A stretch of 39,266 bases of DNA from Chrysochromulina tobinii (taxonomy: Eukaryota): contig JWZX01003133.1 in the NCBI GenBank assembly GCA_001275005.1, forward strand, positions 1-39,266, given 5' to 3'. The notes under the pieces were generated by a model. It did no database searches. It was not told the DNA's origin and saw nothing but the letters and a program-made list of their open reading frames with translations. The position numbers and the translations under genes were made by a program. Positions 37,393-39,266 of the stretch are shown here, in pieces (positions within the stretch are counted from its first letter, which is position 1; every line of letters begins with the position of its first letter).

Positions 37393-39266
37393 ATGCGCGA
37401 CGCCGCGACTATCCTGTCTATTGGCGCCGTCTCGGGCCTGGCGGCGGCTTACCTCATCTACTTTGCGCCCATCTCCACCTGCGCCATCGTCCTGTCCATG
37501 ATCGGGCTTCTCGTCTTCCAAGCGAAACGGACCGCAATGCGCCGCAAGGTGCAGCGGCACAATGCTGTCGTGCGGTTACGTCCTGTTGGTGAACAGCGCC
37601 CCGCGCCGTACCTCTCTCCGGCCGTCGAGGAGCGCAAAGCGGCGGCGACCCCTGCGATGCAGCCGCCCTACAGCTCTGCGAACGCGAGCCAGCTGTACTA
37701 TGGCACCTCCAATAGCTATGGTTGTTCGATGCAGCCTGGCACTGATCTTTGGTCTCCCACTCGTGCCACCGTGCAGCCGATGACAAACTCGTACTCCACG
37801 CTCCCGTCGGCGCACGACCCTGCCACTCGGCCACCGCCGCCGCCATCGTACTTCGACCAAGATGCGCACGTTGCGCACGCCGCTGCGAAGAGCCAAGGTG
37901 CAGTCCCGCTGCCGCGCGCCGCCGCTGAGGCGGAGGAGCTGGCCATGCCGCCGCTGCCGCCGCGGCCGTATGGCGCCCCGGACGAGACAGCCGTCGCACT
38001 CGCCTGCGGAACTAATGGCGACACAAGCCGAGCAGCCATCGCGCCGGTCGCTCGGGATGGCGCGCAGAGGTTCGGAGAGTTGGGCGGCGTTGCCAGCGCC
38101 GTGCCGGGTCGCGACTGGGCCAAGAGGCAGCGCGAGCCCGTACCGCCGCCGCCCACCGCATCGATGTTCGACGGCACCGGTGCGGAGCGCTCTAGCGCAG
38201 GCGCTCCTCCTGCCGCCAAGCGAAGCTCAGCAGCCACGGACCCTGGAGCTGCTCTCTCGGGCTCTCTGGCAGGTTCGCATGCATGCATGCATGCCGCGGG
38301 CTCTCTGGCAGGTTCGCCGCCGGGCGAGCTACCGCACTTGTGGTCGGGTACGGCAGGGAGCGAGATGCGTCGCAGGTCCGATGGCCGCCGCGTCTCCGAG
38401 GGCCGTCGTATGTCCGATGTGGATATGGAGGACATGGAGGACACGGCGGTCGGAGGCGAGCCGGGGAGGGGCGGCGAGGCGGGGTGGAACTCCTGTGAAT
38501 GCGGCGGCAGCGGCTTGGGCGGCAGCGGCTTGGGCGGCAGCGGCTTGGGCGGCAGCGGCTTGGGCGGCAGCCAGTACGGCTTCAACGGCGGCGGCGAGTG
38601 GCCTCTGATGCGCGCGTCCGCGGAACGCGCCCCGAAGCGTAAGGCCAGCCTGCTCGGGATTCTCGACATGTATCAGAAGGCCAGCGTTGGCTTCCGCCCA
38701 GTCGGTAGCCGGCTCCCGGACGACGCCAGTCAGCCCATGGGCGCTCAGTACGGCGCGCGCCACCCTGGCAGCGCCGCACAGATGGTCGCTTCGAGCGTCG
38801 TCTCGAGCGCGAAACCACTGGGCGGTGTGGGGGGCGTGTTTGGAGTCCTGATGCCGTCGTCGGAGCGCTTGGCGATGGCTGAAGGCTATGGCTACGGGCC
38901 GCCACGCCCGAAGCGGCCGAAGGGGCCGCTCGCCATGGCGCTTCCGCCGCGTTCCAGCGCCAGTGTGTACCCCGACCGTCTGCTCAAGCGGACTGATCGA
39001 CAGCTCGAGCTTCATGAGTTCGTCGAGGAGAACCTGCGCAAGCAGCGGCAGAGCCTCGCCCCGCCCGAGGCGGCCTCCAACGGCCCCAGCGGTGTGAACG
39101 GCTCCAGCGGTGTGAACGGTGCTCATAGCGGCGCTACTCTCGCGCTCAGCGTCGGCTTCGGCAGCGCGCCCGCACCCGCCGCGCCGGCGCCATCGCCCGC
39201 GCCCGCGTCCGCATTTTCTTTCGGGGGCGGCTCGGCTGCGGCGCCAGCGCCCGCGCCAGCGCCAGC
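37393..39266 (+). CDS. Partial (3'-truncated) protein: N-terminal hydrophobic/TM segments, long low-complexity region, FG motifs appearing at the window edge
   Basis: Hand-translated frame is open from ATG 37393 to the window end (absent from the ORF track because it has no stop). It reads MRDAATILSIGAVSGLAAAYLIYFAPISTCAIVLSMIGLLVFQAKRTAMRRK ... GGSGL x4 ... SVGFGSAPAP...SAFSFGGGSAAAPAPAPAP. Confidence 0.65.
   Translation, partial: MRDAATILSIGAVSGLAAAYLIYFAPISTCAIVLSMIGLLVFQAKRTAMRRKVQRHNAVVRLRPVGEQRPAPYLSPAVEERKAAATPAMQPPYSSANASQLYYGTSNSYGCSMQPGTDLWSPTRATVQPMTNSYSTLPSAHDPATRPPPPPSYFDQDAHVAHAAAKSQGAVPLPRAAAEAEELAMPPLPPRPYGAPDETAVALACGTNGDTSRAAIAPVARDGAQRFGELGGVASAVPGRDWAKRQREPVPPPPTASMFDGTGAERSSAGAPPAAKRSSAATDPGAALSGSLAGSHACMHAAGSLAGSPPGELPHLWSGTAGSEMRRRSDGRRVSEGRRMSDVDMEDMEDTAVGGEPGRGGEAGWNSCECGGSGLGGSGLGGSGLGGSGLGGSQYGFNGGGEWPLMRASAERAPKRKASLLGILDMYQKASVGFRPVGSRLPDDASQPMGAQYGARHPGSAAQMVASSVVSSAKPLGGVGGVFGVLMPSSERLAMAEGYGYGPPRPKRPKGPLAMALPPRSSASVYPDRLLKRTDRQLELHEFVEENLRKQRQSLAPPEAASNGPSGVNGSSGVNGAHSGATLALSVGFGSAPAPAAPAPSPAPASAFSFGGGSAAAPAPAPAP
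38503..38571 (+). repeat. 15-bp coding tandem repeat (GGCGGCAGCGGCTTG x4.6; GGSGL)
   Basis: Perfect repeats seen directly. Confidence 0.9.

Overview
This is gene-dense, GC-rich eukaryotic DNA with spliceosomal introns, not prokaryotic or phage DNA. A bipartite plastid-targeting peptide, a DNMT5 gene, 10-bp intronic minisatellites and a probable GC-AG intron point to a secondary-plastid alga, most likely a haptophyte (inference). About 13 protein-coding genes can be reconstructed. In order: a CCR4/PDE12/Angel-type EEP nuclease; an uncharacterised YDxVxRxRPD protein; COG4; an Atg22-like MFS transporter; a giant (~3,200 aa) ubiquitin-like + DUF3638/DUF3645 P-loop protein; a convergent ~2,230 aa DNMT5 (Tudor-like + C5 methyltransferase + SNF2 ATPase); an SGNH/PC-esterase-like protein; eIF3b; a coiled-coil protein; an MFSD4-like transporter; a plastid-targeted protein; a DNAJC21/JJJ1-like co-chaperone; and, running off the right edge, a membrane-anchored low-complexity protein that begins to show FG motifs. 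Several 1-2 nt frameshifts, including one in essential eIF3b, look like sequencing or consensus errors. The most notable signals are (i) introns or proto-introns bounded by 16-22 nt direct repeats of the flanking exon, one filled with a 10-bp minisatellite, which suggests intron gain by duplication or insertion; (ii) the architecture of the giant UBL-DUF3638 protein; (iii) a RING-less DNMT5 with an insertion inside its catalytic domain. No rRNA, tRNA, CRISPR array or transposase was recognised. All family assignments come from motif recognition by eye, not database searches.
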